Assembly: GCA_040143965.1 (NCBI GenBank)
Contig: JASJQH010006894.1
Coordinates: 1 to 49,759 of the forward strand
Origin: Basidiobolus ranarum
Taxonomy: Eukaryota
DNA: 49,759 nt
Reading direction: 5' to 3'
Position numbers and translations under genes: made by a program. The notes beneath the pieces were generated by a model. That model did no database searches, was not told the DNA's origin, and saw only the letters and a program-made list of their open reading frames with translations. Numbering within the stretch: position 1 is the first letter of the stretch; every line of letters starts with the position of its first letter. Below are positions 48,994-49,759 of this stretch, piece after piece.

Positions 48994-49759
48994 TTAGCAC
49001 ATGCCAGGGAAGCGTTGGCACCAAAGAGGTTGGAGAGTTGAAGCAGCGATTCCACGATCAACAAGACGAGCACGCATCTCGTTAATTCTAGGGGAAACAT
49101 CAGCAGTGGGTCTGATGGTGCCGTTGGTAAGCTTGTTACCACTCCAGAGAACTTCAGCAGAGGAAGAGGCACGAGGCCATACACGGGAGTCAAAGTTGAC
49201 GCCATCGACTTGTTCACCCCACATGGCAGTTTCACCACCGAGGATAAGCTTAGCTTCACTTGCAGTCATGTTAGCGGTGAGGTCATAGTTGTAGATTACT
49301 TGCCATGACTTATAAGGATCACACCAAGAGTTACCAAGACTAGATCCGATCCAAGCACCGTGTCCACAATCCAAGTACATGTGTTCGTAGTTGGAAGCAA
49401 TGACACGATGACCTAAACGAACAGCTGCAAGGGTGGCAGAGTTTCCGAGCCATGTTTGGACAACAACATCCTTATCCATGGTGACATTTTGGGTAAGGAG
49501 GGCTCCTTGCCAGGTAACGGGAGTCTTCTTATTCTCTCTAATATACTTGTGATCTTGGTGAATGAAGTTAGCAAACAAAGCATCCAAGGTAGTGTTGTGC
49601 TTCTCAAGATATTCAGGATAGCCAGGAGAAGTTTCCCAACATTTCATATTGACTTCATCACCACCGATATGGAAGAGTTCCTCATCAAACCACTTGGTAG
49701 TTTCCTTCAGAAGGTTGCGAACAACTTCTAAGGTCTTGGGGTTAATGAGATTGAGTTGA
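48994..49759 (-). CDS. GH20 beta-N-acetylhexosaminidase, C-terminal part (5' end outside window)
   Basis: Catalytic FHIGGDEVN, YLDCGHG, SWCDPYKSWQ, LGGETAMWGEQVD, RVWPR, LQPLWC. Confidence 0.95.
   Translation of the reverse strand, partial: QLNLINPKTLEVVRNLLKETTKWFDEELFHIGGDEVNMKCWETSPGYPEYLEKHNTTLDALFANFIHQDHKYIRENKKTPVTWQGALLTQNVTMDKDVVVQTWLGNSATLAAVRLGHRVIASNYEHMYLDCGHGAWIGSSLGNSWCDPYKSWQVIYNYDLTANMTASEAKLILGGETAMWGEQVDGVNFDSRVWPRASSSAEVLWSGNKLTNGTIRPTADVSPRINEMRARLVDRGIAASTLQPLWCQRFPGMC

Overview
Gene-dense, intron-rich eukaryotic nuclear DNA. Short (~50-90 nt) GT-AG introns with CTAAC/CTAAT branch points, and the gene content (Zn2Cys6 factor, 7TM-RGS, CBM19, Mis13/Dsn1), point to an early-diverging fungus; a Basidiobolus-like species is my inference only. 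I reconstructed about 25 protein-coding genes by hand splicing: an SRA-like/Cys-cluster/AlkB dioxygenase, RPL1, glucosamine-6-P deaminase, a GPI-type Cys-rich surface protein, a secreted CBM19-like protein, RPC2, YIP1, a TFIIIC subunit, HUT1, a NAIP/At4g15545-like protein, MPP10, CLPTM1, a Zn-cluster protein, WDR70, a coiled-coil orphan, RPN13, DSN1, RPL5, eIF3d, MUTYH, a CAP protein, REX4, a beta-lactamase-fold membrane protein, a 7TM-RGS protein and a partial GH20 hexosaminidase. I recognised no tRNA, rRNA, CRISPR array or intact transposon. The most notable items are: (1) a reader-plus-oxidase SRA-AlkB gene next to a CpG-free block, with TGA-interrupted candidate upstream exons; (2) a plant-NAIP-like gene that the ORF track captures only in fragments; (3) a bacterial-type serine hydrolase with SxxK changed to SxxE and a frameshift; (4) an in-frame TAA separating a chitin-binding domain from its secreted stalk; (5) several truncated or divergent housekeeping genes. 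Family assignments are from remembered motifs, not searches, and exon boundaries need RNA-seq confirmation.
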